This document shows, piece by piece, positions 1-13,300 of a DNA stretch of 64,000 bases (position 1 is the stretch's first letter; each line of letters starts with the position of its first letter). A program made the position numbers and the translations under genes. Source of the stretch: Schmidtea polychroa (lineage: Eukaryota); NCBI GenBank assembly GCA_044892525.1, contig CM097887.1:107176397-107240396 (forward strand). Direction: 5' to 3'. Below the pieces are notes generated by a model, which saw only the letters and a list, made by a program, of their open reading frames with translations, searched no databases and was not told where the DNA came from.

Positions 1-81
1 ACTCGAGTTGAAACTGAAGTATATAGTACATACAAAGAAGAGTACGTATACAGGTTCATCGGAACTACGGTCGCAGCAAAA

Positions 82-1460
82 ATGAATCACCTCACCTCAA
101 ACTATTGGTATTATCCCAGGAGAGTGGATATTCCAAACGATTTCAAATTCGCAGGAGGGCCTCGAAAGCAAATGATGATAACGGTTATAAATAACCGAGG
201 TAGATTAAAATTGGCGGAACTATGTAGAGATTATGGTTCATGTCCGAAATTGGAAAGCATTTGGATCCATGCGATCAATAGGCCATTCACTGTGTTTATG
301 GCGGGATTAGAGTTACCTGTTGAATTAGAAAAACAGTGTACTCTGGAGATATACCACGCTGATGGACGAGAACGGAATATTATGATCCAGGCAGCAGCAG
401 TTGATACCATAATCGCAGTAGAAATCTTGGATTTCAGGAAGCCATACTCTATAGTTAGCAAAAACGAGCCAACTTGGATTTACAATGTAAATAAAGTTGA
501 TATACAGCAGTGTAAATCATTTGTGAGGAAGAAGTTAACCAAAGCCGAGGAGGACGAGGCTACAATTTTCATATCGGCAGGTTTTGCCAAATCCCGAATC
601 GAACTGAAGGAGACAATTATCCAAATCGCAATTATGGATATGAGGGGAAATAATTTATTGAGTGCGGTAGTGACTCCCAGAGACCCTGTAAAACACTACC
701 AAACGCACCAATACAAGTTAAAGGAACCTGATATTAGAGGAAACCTCGACGAAGATGATTGTTATCCTCTGATAAGATCTGCGATAAGAAAATACTTGTA
801 GGTATTTTGCTTAAAGATCTGATCTCGGTAGCCAATCTACCAGTGCAGCGGATACTGAGTATTCGTGACCTTTCTGCAAATAAACTATTGGAAACCAGAG
901 GAGTCCCAATGATTCATGGTCATTACAGATTGGGATTCCCGACGAAAACTTTCCTGCGTACAGTTCCCGGAGAACCAAGGAATTTAGTGGTCACCAATGA
1001 GGCACTGGCGATACGTGCGGTTTATTTACATTTCAGAAACGAATGGTTAGACCATATCACGAAACCCCAGGAGGAATTCATTTCCGTAACTACAGCAGCG
1101 ATAGTTGAGCAGGAAATGACGCAAAAGAGGAGATTACCCGAGCAACCATCTACATCAGGGCAACCCAAGCCTAAGAGAAAATCACCTGTGGACTTACCAC
1201 CGCCTCCAGCTATATCTATTGGAGAAGAAGATGAATATGAAACATGCGTTAGCGAAACGGAGACAGCAAAATCACCCAAACAATCATCGGGAGCTGCCTA
1301 TCAGCCAAAGGATAAATCGGAAAATGCGGTCAGAAAAGAAAATCCAGAAGGAGGCAAGGTGAAAAAGATGTTAAAGAAAATATTACCCATAAAAAGACAA
1401 TTTTTTCAAGTTTGTCAGACTTCCCGCCAACGGAAATTCTTCAACGATGTCTTATTTTAA
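82..1460 (+). pseudogene. First (window-truncated) array copy of the frameshifted DEDDh-exonuclease-like gene
   Basis: ORFs 82..801 and 759..1460 overlap. They correspond to the two halves of the uninterrupted 571-aa ORF at 54613-56328. Confidence 0.85.
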
Positions 1461-1790
1461 AGCTCATTGCAATACCTTTCGAATGTGGTATAGAAATCCA
1501 TATTATCAATATTATTGGTAAAGGTATTATTATTTTTTCAAAATATTATTTTTTCAAGGTCATTTATATTTTCAAGGTCAATCATATTTTCAAGGTCATA
1601 TTTTAAAATTTAAATTTTTAGAGTTCCCACCAATGGAATTTATTGGCCGATGGCTAATTTTGAAGCCCACTGCAATACCTTTCGAATGACGTATAGATAT
1701 TCATATTATCATTATTATTAATAAAGATATTATTTTTTCAAAATATTATTTTTCAAGGTCGTTTATTTTTTCAAGGTTCAAAATCTGTTC
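1451..1790. repeat. AT-rich unit spacer: diverged dimer of a ~205-bp sub-repeat with an 18-bp TTTTCAAGGTCA minisatellite (present in every unit)
   Basis: TGCAATACCTTTCGAATG...CATATTATCA...TATTATTTTTTCAAAATATTATTTTT(T)CAAGGTC occurs twice, about 204 bp apart. AAGGTCA occurs three times at 18-bp spacing. Confidence 0.85.
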
Positions 1791-1847
1791 AAAGCTACTG
1801 TTTTAGTCAATACGAACCAGATGAAATAATCGGTTCCATCGCCAAAA

Positions 1848-2098
1848 GTGATGCTCATCCTATTTGAATATATGCCTGAAAGATTGAAAGATTCAAGTTG
1901 AAAGACCTGAAATTAGAAGACAATCACAAGAAAATATTATCCGGACAATTGATGTCCGGACTGCAATACTTGCATAATTTGAATATCGCCCACTGCAATA
2001 TCAATCCAAAAGACATTTTCGATGATATGGCAGAATTAAGATTAAAGATTTCAAACTTTGGAGGACGAATAATAAAATTGCGCTTATCGTCATATTAG
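1848..2098 (+). pseudogene. Degenerate Ser/Thr protein-kinase fragment (CMGC/GSK3-like, subdomains V-VII); representative array copy
   Basis: VMLILFEYMPERLKD, then a frameshift, then LKDLKLEDNHKKILSGQLMSGLQYLHNLNIAHCNINPKDIFDDMAELRLKISNFGG. This matches the kinase hinge, alphaE and catalytic loop, with HRD changed to HCN and DFG to NFG. Other copies of the C-terminal ORF start at 4764, 7614, 10478, 13342, 16208, 19074, 21940, 24804, 27668, 30534, 33400, 36266 and 39132. Confidence 0.8.
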
Positions 2099-2124
2099 AA
2101 AATGACCAGCGAGTCGAGAGATTA

Positions 2125-2592
2125 GTGCTCAACCATGCTTATCTAAGTAGAAGATGGACAATCAAACCAGATACCGTGACAAAGGCGAACATTTCGTATT
2201 TGGAATTTACGGAGAGAACCGGTTGGTATACAATATATCAAGAAATAGTAAATCTAATACCTCCCACAAAAGGAGAACTAACTGGCAAAGAAGGAAAGGC
2301 TAGATTAGTGAGTATTCCTGGTTGTAAAGGAATAAAGGCTTTGGATTGGTTTAGTATCAGAAAGGTAGCGAGTGTAAACCAGCCCCGCATAAATAAATTA
2401 ATTAATAATTGTAGAGTTCAAAATACGTTAAACGGGACAACGAGAGATAAAACCTCAACTTGGTTATTCTTAATCATGATAGGGGGAGTAATTTGCATGA
2501 TTTTAATTTTGATATTAACCACCCTATGGATGCTTAGATTAAATATGCGGGATATTCGTTATTGGGAAATTATTTACGAAACCGAGGTATAG
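2125..2592 (+). CDS. 155-aa ORF with a C-terminal transmembrane helix (probably a fragment of a larger membrane protein); representative array copy
   Basis: Hydrophobic stretch WLFLIMIGGVICMILILILTTLWML, with N-glycosylation sequons NIS and NGT upstream. The 'start' is GTG and the frame is open ~33 codons further upstream. Other copies start at 4991, 7841, 10705, 13569, 16435, 19301, 22167, 25031, 27895, 30761, 33627, 36493 and 39359. Confidence 0.55.
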   Translation: MLNHAYLSRRWTIKPDTVTKANISYLEFTERTGWYTIYQEIVNLIPPTKGELTGKEGKARLVSIPGCKGIKALDWFSIRKVASVNQPRINKLINNCRVQNTLNGTTRDKTSTWLFLIMIGGVICMILILILTTLWMLRLNMRDIRYWEIIYETEV

Positions 2593-2647
2593 GGGGAAAG
2601 TCTCACCATATACTAGGAAGTGTAAATATATATTTTATCTATTTTAT

Positions 2648-4326
2648 ATGTTATTTATATTAGTATGTAAACTAATGTGGGCTCAAATGAGCATCGGTAA
2701 AATCAGACATCAGCGTATGTCGACTTTGGTTACCCTGCGAGGGTCTATCACGAAAGTGATAAAAGCTGTTAATTATTTTATTTTTAGAAAAATGAATTAT
2801 AACAGAGAACCAAAACCACCAGTCAAAGCAAATCGACGACACCCATTGGCAACGTACAATTCCCAGACTCGAGTTGAAACTGAAGTATATAGTACATACA
2901 AAGAAGAGTACGTATACAGGTTCATCGGAACTACGGTCGCAGCAAAAATGAATCACCTCACCTCAAACTATTGGTATTATCCCAGGAGAGTGGATATTCC
3001 AAACGATTTCAAATTCGCAGGAGGGCCTCGAAAGCAAATGATGATAACGGTTATAAATAACCGAGGTAGATTAAAATTGGCGGAACTATGTAGAGATTAT
3101 GGTTCATGTCCGAAATTGGAAAGCATTTGGATCCATGCGATCAATAGGCCATTCACTGTGTTTATGGCGGGATTAGAGTTACCTGTTGAATTAGAAAAAC
3201 AGTGTACTCTGGAGATATACCACGCTGATGGACGAGAACGGAATATTATGATCCAGGCAGCAGCAGTTGATACCATAATCGCAGTAGAAATCTTGGATTT
3301 CAGGAAGCCATACTCTATAGTTAGCAAAAACGAGCCAACTTGGATTTACAATGTAAATAAAGTTGATATACAGCAGTGTAAATCATTTGTGAGGAAGAAG
3401 TTAACCAAAGCCGAGGAGGACGAGGCTACAATTTTCATATCGGCAGGTTTTGCCAAATCCCGAATCGAACTGAAGGAGACAATTATCCAAATCGCAATTA
3501 TGGATATGAGGGGAAATAATTTATTGAGTGCGGTAGTGACTCCCAGAGACCCTGTAAAACACTACCAAACGCACCAATACAAGTTAAAGGAACCTGATAT
3601 TAGAGGAAACCTCGACGAAGATGATTGTTATCCTCTGATAAGATCTGCGATAAGAAAATACTTGTAGGTATTTTGCTTAAAGATCTGATCTCGGTAGCCA
3701 ATCTACCAGTGCAGCGGATACTGAGTATTCGTGACCTTTCTGCAAATAAACTATTGGAAACCAGAGGAGTCCCAATGATTCATGGTCATTACAGATTGGG
3801 ATTCCCGACGAAAACTTTCCTGCGTACAGTTCCCGGAGAACCAAGGAATTTAGTGGTCACCAATGAGGCACTGGCGATACGTGCGGTTTATTTACATTTC
3901 AGAAACGAATGGTTAGACCATATCACGAAACCCCAGGAGGAATTCATTTCCGTAACTACAGCAGCGATAGTTGAGCAGGAAATGACGCAAAAGAGGAGAT
4001 TACCCGAGCAACCATCTACATCAGGGCAACCCAAGCCTAAGAGAAAATCACCTGTGGACTTACCACCGCCTCCAGCTATATCTATTGGAGAAGAAGATGA
4101 ATATGAAACATGCGTTAGCGAAACGGAGACAGCAAAATCACCCAAACAATCATCGGGAGCTGCCTATCAGCCAAAGGATAAATCGGAAAATGCGGTCAGA
4201 AAAGAAAATCCAGAAGGAGGCAAGGTGAAAAAGATGTTAAAGAAAATATTACCCATAAAAAGACAATTTTTTCAAGTTTGTCAGACTTCCCGCCAACGGA
4301 AATTCTTCAACGATGTCTTATTTTAA
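2648..4326 (+). pseudogene. Frameshifted gene with a degenerate DEDDh (REX4/ISG20-like) exonuclease domain; representative array copy (339-aa plus 233-aa ORFs)
   Basis: A 4-bp deletion relative to 55601-55615 (ATAAGAAAGATCTG to ATAAGATCTG) splits the ORF in all 15 array copies. Other copies: 5514-7192, 8278-10040, 11142-12904, 14092-15770, 16958-18636, 19824-21502, 22604-24366, 25468-27230, 28418-30096, 31284-32962, 34150-35828, 37016-38694, 39882-41560. Confidence 0.8.
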
Positions 4327-7300
4327 AGCTCATTGCAATACCTTTCGAATGTGGTATAGAAATCCATATTATCAATATTATTGGTAAAGGTATTATTATT
4401 TTTTCAAAATATTATTTTTTCAAGGTCATTTATATTTTCAAGGTCAATCATATTTTCAAGGTCATATTTTAAAATTTAAATTTTTAGAGTTCCCACCAAT
4501 GGAATTTATTGGCCGATGGCTAATTTTGAAGCCCACTGCAATACCTTTCGAATGACGTATAGATATTCATATTATCATTATTATTAATAAAGATATTATT
4601 TTTTCAAAATATTATTTTTCAAGGTCGTTTATTTTTTCAAGGTTCAAAATCTGTTCAAAGCTACTGTTTTAGTCAATACGAACCAGATGAAATAATCGGT
4701 TCCATCGCCAAAAGTGATGCTCATCCTATTTGAATATATGCCTGAAAGATTGAAAGATTCAAGTTGAAAGACCTGAAATTAGAAGACAATCACAAGAAAA
4801 TATTATCCGGACAATTGATGTCCGGACTGCAATACTTGCATAATTTGAATATCGCCCACTGCAATATCAATCCAAAAGACATTTTCGATGATATGGCAGA
4901 ATTAAGATTAAAGATTTCAAACTTTGGAGGACGAATAATAAAATTGCGCTTATCGTCATATTAGAAAATGACCAGCGAGTCGAGAGATTAGTGCTCAACC
5001 ATGCTTATCTAAGTAGAAGATGGACAATCAAACCAGATACCGTGACAAAGGCGAACATTTCCTATTTGGAATTTACGGAGAGAACCGGTTGGTATACAAT
5101 ATATCAAGAAATAGTAAATCTAATACCTCCCACAAAAGGAGAACTAACTGGCAAAGAAGGAAAGGCTAGATTAGTGAGTATTCCTGGTTGTAAAGGAATA
5201 AAGGCTTTGGATTGGTTTAGTATCAGAAAGGTAGCGAGTGTAAACCAGCCCCGCATAAATAAATTAATTAATAATTGTAGAGTTCAAAATACGTTAAACG
5301 GGACAACGAGAGATAAAACCTCAACTTGGTTATTCTTAATCATGATAGGGGGAGTAATTTGCATGATTTTAATTTTGATATTAACCACCCTATGGATGCT
5401 TAGATTAAATATGCGGGATATTCGTTATTGGGAAATTATTTACGAAACCGAGGTATAGGGGGAAAGTCTCACCATATACTAGGAAGTGTAAATATATATT
5501 TTATCTATTTTATATGTTATTTATATTAGTATGTAAACTAATGTGGGCTCAAATGAGCATCGGTAAAATCAGACATCAGCGTATGTCGACTTTGGTTACC
5601 CTGCGAGGGTCTATCACGAAAGTGATAAAAGCTGTTAATTATTTTATTTTTAGAAAAATGAATTATAACAGAGAACCAAAACCACCAGTCAAAGCAAATC
5701 GACGACACCCATTGGCAACGTACAATTCCCAGACTCGAGTTGAAACTGAAGTATATAGTACATACAAAGAAGAGTACGTATACAGGTTCATCGGAACTAC
5801 GGTCGCAGCAAAAATGAATCACCTCACCTCAAACTATTGGTATTATCCCAGGAGAGTGGATATTCCAAACGATTTCAAATTCGCAGGAGGGCCTCGAAAG
5901 CAAATGATGATAACGGTTATAAATAACCAAGGTAGATTAAAATTGGCGGAACTATGTAGAGATTATGGTTCATGTCCGAAATTGGAAAGCATTTGGATCC
6001 ATGCGATCAATAGGCCATTCACTGTGTTTATGGCGGGATTAGAGTTACCTGTTGAATTAGAAAAACAGTGTACTCTGGAGATATACCACGCTGATGGACG
6101 AGAACGGAATATTATGATCCAGGCAGCAGCAGTTGATACCATAATCGCAGTAGAAATCTTGGATTTCAGGAAGCCATACTCTATAGTTAGCAAAAACGAG
6201 CCAACTTGGATTTACAATGTAAATAAAGTTGATATACAGCAGTGTAAATCATTTGTGAGGAAGAAGTTAACCAAAGCCGAGGAGGACGAGGCTACAATTT
6301 TCATATCGGCAGGTTTTGCCAAATCCCGAATCGAACTGAAGGAGACAATTATCCAAATCGCAATTATGGATATGAGGGGAAATAATTTATTGAGTGCGGT
6401 AGTGACTCCCAGAGACCCTGTAAAACACTACCAAACGCACCAATACAAGTTAAAGGAACCTGATATTAGAGGAAACCTCGACGAAGATGATTGTTATCCT
6501 CTGATAAGATCTGCGATAAGAAAATACTTGTAGGTATTTTGCTTAAAGATCTGATCTCGGTAGCCAATCTACCAGTGCAGCGGATACTGAGTATTCGTGA
6601 CCTTTCTGCAAATAAACTATTGGAAACCAGAGGAGTCCCAATGATTCATGGTCATTACAGATTGGGATTCCCGACGAAAACTTTCCTGCGTACAGTTCCC
6701 GGAGAACCAAGGAATTTAGTGGTCACCAATGAGGCACTGGCGATACGTGCGGTTTATTTACATTTCAGAAACGAATGGTTAGACCATATCACGAAACCCC
6801 AGGAGGAATTCATTTCCGTAACTACAGCAGCGATAGTTGAGCAGGAAATGACGCAAAAGAGGAGATTACCCGAGCAACCATCTACATCAGGGCAACCCAA
6901 GCCTAAGAGAAAATCACCTGTGGACTTACCACCGCCTCCAGCTATATCTATTGGAGAAGAAGATGAATATGAAACATGCGTTAGCGAAACGGAGACAGCA
7001 AAATCACCCAAACAATCATCGGGAGCTGCCTATCAGCCAAAGGATAAATCGGAAAATGCGGTCAGAAAAGAAAATCCAGAAGGAGGCAAGGTGAAAAAGA
7101 TGTTAAAGAAAATATTACCCATAAAAAGACAATTTTTTCAAGTTTGTCAGACTTCCCGCCAACGGAAATTCTTCAACGATGTCTTATTTTAAAGCTCATT
7201 GCAATACCTTTCGAATGTGGTATAGAAATCCATATTATAGATATTATTGGTAAAGGTATTATTATTTTTTCAAGGTCATTTATATTTTCAAGGTCAATCA

Positions 7301-10300
7301 TATTTTCAAGGTCATATTTTAAAATTTAAATTTTTAGAGTTCCCACCAATGGAATTTATTGGCCGATGGCTAATTTTGAAGCCCACTGCAATACCTTTCG
7401 AATGACGTATAGATATTCATATTATCATTATTATTAATAAAGATATTATTTTTTCAAAATATTATTTTTCAAGGTCGTTTATTTTTTCAAGGTTCAAAAT
7501 CTGTTCAAAGCTACTGTTTTAGTCAATACGAACCAGATGAAATAATCGGTTCCATCGCCAAAAGTGATGCTCATCCTATTTGAATATATGCCTGAAAGAT
7601 TGAAAGATTCAAGTTGAAAGACCTTAAATTAGAAGACAATCACAAGAAAATATTATCCGGACAATTGATGTCCGGACTGCAATACTTGCATAATTTGAAT
7701 ATCGCCCACTGCAATATCAATCCAAAAGACATTTTCGATGATATGGCAGAATTAAGATTAAAGATTTCAAACTTTGGAGGACGAATAATAAAATTGCGCT
7801 TATCGTCATATTAGAAAATGACCAGCGAGTCGAGAGATTAGTGCTCAACCATGCTTATCTAAGTAGAAGATGGACAATCAAACCAGATACCGTGACAAAG
7901 GCGAACATTTCGTATTTGGAATTTACGGAGAGAACCGGTTGGTATATAATATATCAAGAAATAGTAAATCTAATACCTCCCACAAAAGGAGAACTAACTG
8001 GCAAAGAAGGAAAGGCTAGATTAGTGAGTATTCCTGGTTGTAAAGGAATAAAGGCTTTGGATTGGTTTAGTATCAGAAAGGTAGCGAGTGTAAACCAGCC
8101 CCGCATAAATAAATTAATTAATAATTGTAGAGTTCAAAATACGTTAAACGGGACAACGAGAGATAAAACCTCAACTTGGTTATTCTTAATCATGATAGGG
8201 GGAGTAATTTGCATGATTTTAATTTTGATATTAACCACCCTATGGATGCTTAGATTAAATATGCGGGATATTCGTTATTGGGAAATTATTTACGAAACCG
8301 AGGTATAGGGGGAAAGTCTCACCATATACTAGGAAGTGTAAATATATATTTTATCTATTTTATGTTATTTATATTAGTATGTAAACTAATGTGGGCTCAA
8401 ATGAGCATCGGTAAAATCAGACATCAGCGTATGTCGACTTTGGTTACCCTGCGAGGGTCTATCACGAAAGTGATAAAAGCTGTTAATTATTTTATTTTTA
8501 GAAAAATGAATTATAACAGAGAACCAAAACCACCAGTCAAAGCAAATCGACGACACCCATTGGCAACGTACAATTCCCAGACTCGAGTTGAAACTGAAGT
8601 ATATAGTACATACAAAGAAGAGTACGTATACAGGTTCATCGGAACTACGGTCGCAGCAAAAATGAATCACCTCACCTCAAACTATTGGTATTATCCCAGG
8701 AGAGTGGATATTCCAAACGATTTCAAATTCGCAGGAGGGCCTCGAAAGCAAATGATGATAACGGTTATAAATAACCAAGGTAGATTAAAATTGGCGGAAC
8801 TATGTAGAGATTATGGTTCATGTCCGAAATTGGAAAACATTTGGATCCATGCGATCAATAGGCCATTCACTGTGTTTATGGCGGGATTAGAGTTACCTGT
8901 TGAATTAGAAAAACAGTGTACTCTGGAGATATACCACGCTGATGGACGAGAACGGAATATTATGATCCAGGCAGCAGCAGTTGATACCATAATCGCAGTA
9001 GAAATCTTGGATTTCAGGAAGCCATACTCTATAGTTAGCAAAAACGAGCCAACTTGGATTTACAATGTAAATAAAGTTGATATACAGCAGTGTAAATCAT
9101 TTGTGAGGAAGAAGTTAACCAAAGCCGAGGAGGACGAGGCTACAATTTTCATATCGGCAGGTTTTGCCAAATCCCGAATCGAACTGAAGGAGACAATTAT
9201 CCAAATCGCAATTATGGATATGAGGGGAAATAATTTATTGAGTGCGGTAGTGACTCCCAGAGACCCTGTAAAACACTACCAAACGCACCAATACAAGTTA
9301 AAGGAACCTGATATTAGAGGAAACCTCGACGAAGATGATTGTTATCCTCTGATAAGATCTGCGATAAGAAAATACTTGTAGGTATTTTGCTTAAAGATCT
9401 GATCTCGGTAGCCAATCTACCAGTGCAGCGGATACTGAGTATTCGTGACCTTTCTGCAAATAAACTATTGGAAACCAGAGGAGTCCCAATGATTCATGGT
9501 CATTACAGATTGGGATTCCCGACGAAAACTTTCCTGCGTACAGTTCCCGGAGAACCAAGGAATTTAGTGGTCACCAATGAGGCACTGGCGATACGTGCGG
9601 TTTATTTACATTTCAGAAACGAATGGTTAGACCATATCACGAAACCCCAGGAGGATTTCATTTCCGTAACTACAGCAGCGATAGTTGAGCAGGAAATGAC
9701 GCAAAAGAGGAGATTACCCGAGCAACCATCTACATCAGGGCAACCCAAGCCTAAGAGAAAATCACCTGTGGACTTACCACCGCCTCCAGCTATATCTATT
9801 GGAGAAGAAGATGAATATGAAACATGCGTTAGCGAAACGGAGACAGCAAAATCACCCAAACAATCATCGGGAGCTGCCTATCAGCCAAAGAATAAATCGG
9901 AAAATGCGGTCAGAAAAGAAAATCCAGAAGGAGGCAAGGTGAAAAAGATGTTAAAGAAAATATTACCCATAAAAAGACAATTTTTTCAAATTTGTCAGAC
10001 TTCCCGCCAACGGAAATTCTTCAACGATGTCTTATTTTAAAGCTCATTGCAATACCTTTCGAATGTGGTATAGAAATCCATATTATCAATATTATTGGTA
10101 AAGGTATTATTATTTTTTCAAAATATTATTTTTTCAAGGTCATTTATATTTTCAAGGTCAATCATATTTTCAAGGTCATATTTTAAAATTTAAATTTTTA
10201 GAGTTCCCACCAATGGAATTTATTGGCCGATGGCTAATTTTGAAGCCCACTGCAATACCTTTCGAATGACGTATAGATATTCATATTATCATTATTATTA

Positions 10301-13300
10301 ATAAAGATATTATTTTTTCAAAATATTATTTTTCAAGGTCGTTTATTTTTTCAAGGTTCAAAATCTGTTCAAAGCTACTGTTTTAGTCAATACGAACCAG
10401 ATGAAATAATCGGTTCCATCGCCAAAAGTGATGCTCATCCTATTTGAATATATGCCTGAAAGATTGAAAGATTCAAGTTGAAAGACCTGAAATTAGAAGA
10501 CAATCACAAGAAAATATTATCCGGACAATTGATGTCCGGACTGCAATACTTGCATAATTTGAATATCGCCCACTGCAATATCAATCCAAAAGACATTTTC
10601 GATGATATGGCAGAATTAAGATTAAAGATTTCAAACTTTGGAGGACGAATAATAAAATTGCGCTTATCGTCATATTAGAAAATGACCAGCGAGTCGAGAG
10701 ATTAGTGCTCAACCATGCTTATCTAAGTAGAAGATGGACAATCAAACCAGATACCGTGACAAAGGCGGACATTTCGTATTTGGAATTTACGGAGAGAACC
10801 GGTTGGTATATAATATATCAAGAAATAGTAAATCTAATACCTCCCACAAAAGGAGAACTAACTGGCAAAGAAGGAAAGGCTAGATTAGTGAGTATTCCTG
10901 GTTGTAAAGGAATAAAGGCTTTGAATTGGTTTAGTATCAGAAAGGTAGCGAGTGTAAACCAGCCCCGCATAAATAAATTAATTAATAATTGTAGAGTTCA
11001 AAATACGTTAAACGGGACAACGAGAGATAAAACCTCAACTTGGTTATTCTTAATCATGATAGGGGGAGTAATTTGCATGATTTTAATTTTGATATTAACC
11101 ACCCTATGGATGCTTAGATTAAATATGCGGGATATTCGTTATTGGGAAATTATTTACGAAACCGAGGTATAGGGGGAAAGTCTCACCATATACTAGGAAG
11201 TGTAAATATATATTTTATCTATTTTATGTTATTTATATTAGTATGTAAACTAATGTGGGCTCAAATGAGCATCGGTAAAATCAGACATCAGCGTATGTCG
11301 ACTTTGGTTACCCTGCGAGGGTCTATCACGAAAGTGATAAAAGCTGTTAATTATTTTATTTTTAGAAAAATGAATTATAACAGAGAACCAAAACCACCAG
11401 TCAAAGCAAATCGACGACACCCATTGGCAACGTACAATTCCCAGACTCGAGTTGAAACTGAAGTATATAGTACATACAAAGAAGAGTACGTATACAGGTT
11501 CATCGGAACTACGGTCGCAGCAAAAATGAATCACCTCACCTCAAACTATTGGTATTATCCCAGGAGAGTGGATATTCCAAACGATTTCAAATTCGCAGGA
11601 GGGCCTCGAAAGCAAATGATGATAACGGTTATAAATAACCAAGGTAGATTAAAATTGGCGGAACTATGTAGAGATTATGGTTCATGTCCGAAATTGGAAA
11701 GCATTTGGATCCATGCGATCAATAGGCCATTCACTGTGTTTATGGCGGGATTAGAGTTACCTGTTGAATTAGAAAAACAGTGTACTCTGGAGATATACCA
11801 CGCTGATGGACGAGAACGGAATATTATGATCCAGGCAGCAGCAGTTGATACCATAATCGCAGTAGAAATCTTGGATTTCAGGAAGCCATACTCTATAGTT
11901 AGCAAAAACGAGCCAACTTGGATTTACAATGTAAATAAAGTTGATATACAGCAGTGTAAATCATTTGTGAGGAAGAAGTTAACCAAAGCCGAGGAGGACG
12001 AGGCTACAATTTTCATATCGGCAGGTTTTGCCAAATCCCGAATCGAACTGAAGGAGACAATTATCCAAATCGCAATTATGGATATGAGGGGAAATAATTT
12101 ATTGAGTGCGGTAGTGACTCCCAGAGACCCTGTAAAACACTACCAAACGCACCAATACAAGTTAAAGGAACCTGATATTAGAGGAAACCTCGACGAAGAT
12201 GATTGTTATCCTCTGATAAGATCTGCGATAAGAAAATACTTGTAGGTATTTTGCTTAAAGATCTGATCTCGGTAGCCAATCTACCAGTGCAGCGGATACT
12301 GAGTATTCGTGACCTTTCTGCAAATAAACTATTGGAAACCAGAGGAGTCCCAATGATTCATGGTCATTACAGATTGGGATTCCCGACGAAAACTTTCCTG
12401 CGTACAGTTCCCGGAGAACCAAGGAATTTAGTGGTCACCAATGAGGCACTGGCGATACGTGCGGTTTATTTACATTTCAGAAACGAATGGTTAGACCATA
12501 TCACGAAACCCCAGGAGGAATTCATTTCCGTAACTACAGCAGCGATAGTTGAGCAGGAAATGACGCAAAAGAGGAGATTACCCGAGCAACCATCTACATC
12601 AGGGCAACCCAAGCCTAAGAGAAAATCACCTGTGGACTTACCACCGCCTCCAGCTATATCTATTGGAGAAGAAGATGAATATGAAACATGCGTTAGCGAA
12701 ACGGAGACAGCAAAATCACCCAAACAATCATCGGGAGCTGCCTATCAGCCAAAGAATAAATCGGAAAATGCGGTCAGAAAAGAAAATCCAGAAGGAGGCA
12801 AGGTGAAAAAGATGTTAAAGAAAATATTACCCATAAAAAGACAATTTTTTCAAATTTGTCAGACTTCCCGCCAACGGAAATTCTTCAACGATGTCTTATT
12901 TTAAAGCTCATTGCAATACCTTTCGAATGTGGTATAGAAATCCATATTATCAATATTATTGGTAAAGGTATTATTATTTTTTCAAAATATTATTTTTTCA
13001 AGGTCATTTATATTTTCAAGGTCAATCATATTTTCAAGGTCATATTTTAAAATTTAAATTTTTAGAGTTCCCACCAATGGAATTTATTGGCCGATGGCTA
13101 ATTTTGAAGCCCACTGCAATACCTTTCGAATGACGTATAGATATTCATATTATCATTATTATTAATAAAGATATTATTTTTTCAAAATATTATTTTTCAA
13201 GGTCGTTTATTTTTTCAAGGTTCAAAATCTGTTCAAAGCTACTGTTTTAGTCAATACGAACCAGATGAAATAATCGGTTCCATCGCCAAAAGTGATGCTC

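Noticed and set aside
231-461. Recurrent minus-strand ORFs in each unit (76, 85 and 94 aa)
   Set aside because: Antisense shadows of the + strand coding frames with no motifs; they recur only because the unit is repeated.
1412-1606. 64-aa ORF MSDFPPTEILQ... in every unit
   Set aside because: It runs through the non-coding minisatellite spacer, and its length changes with repeat number (61, 64, 85 aa).
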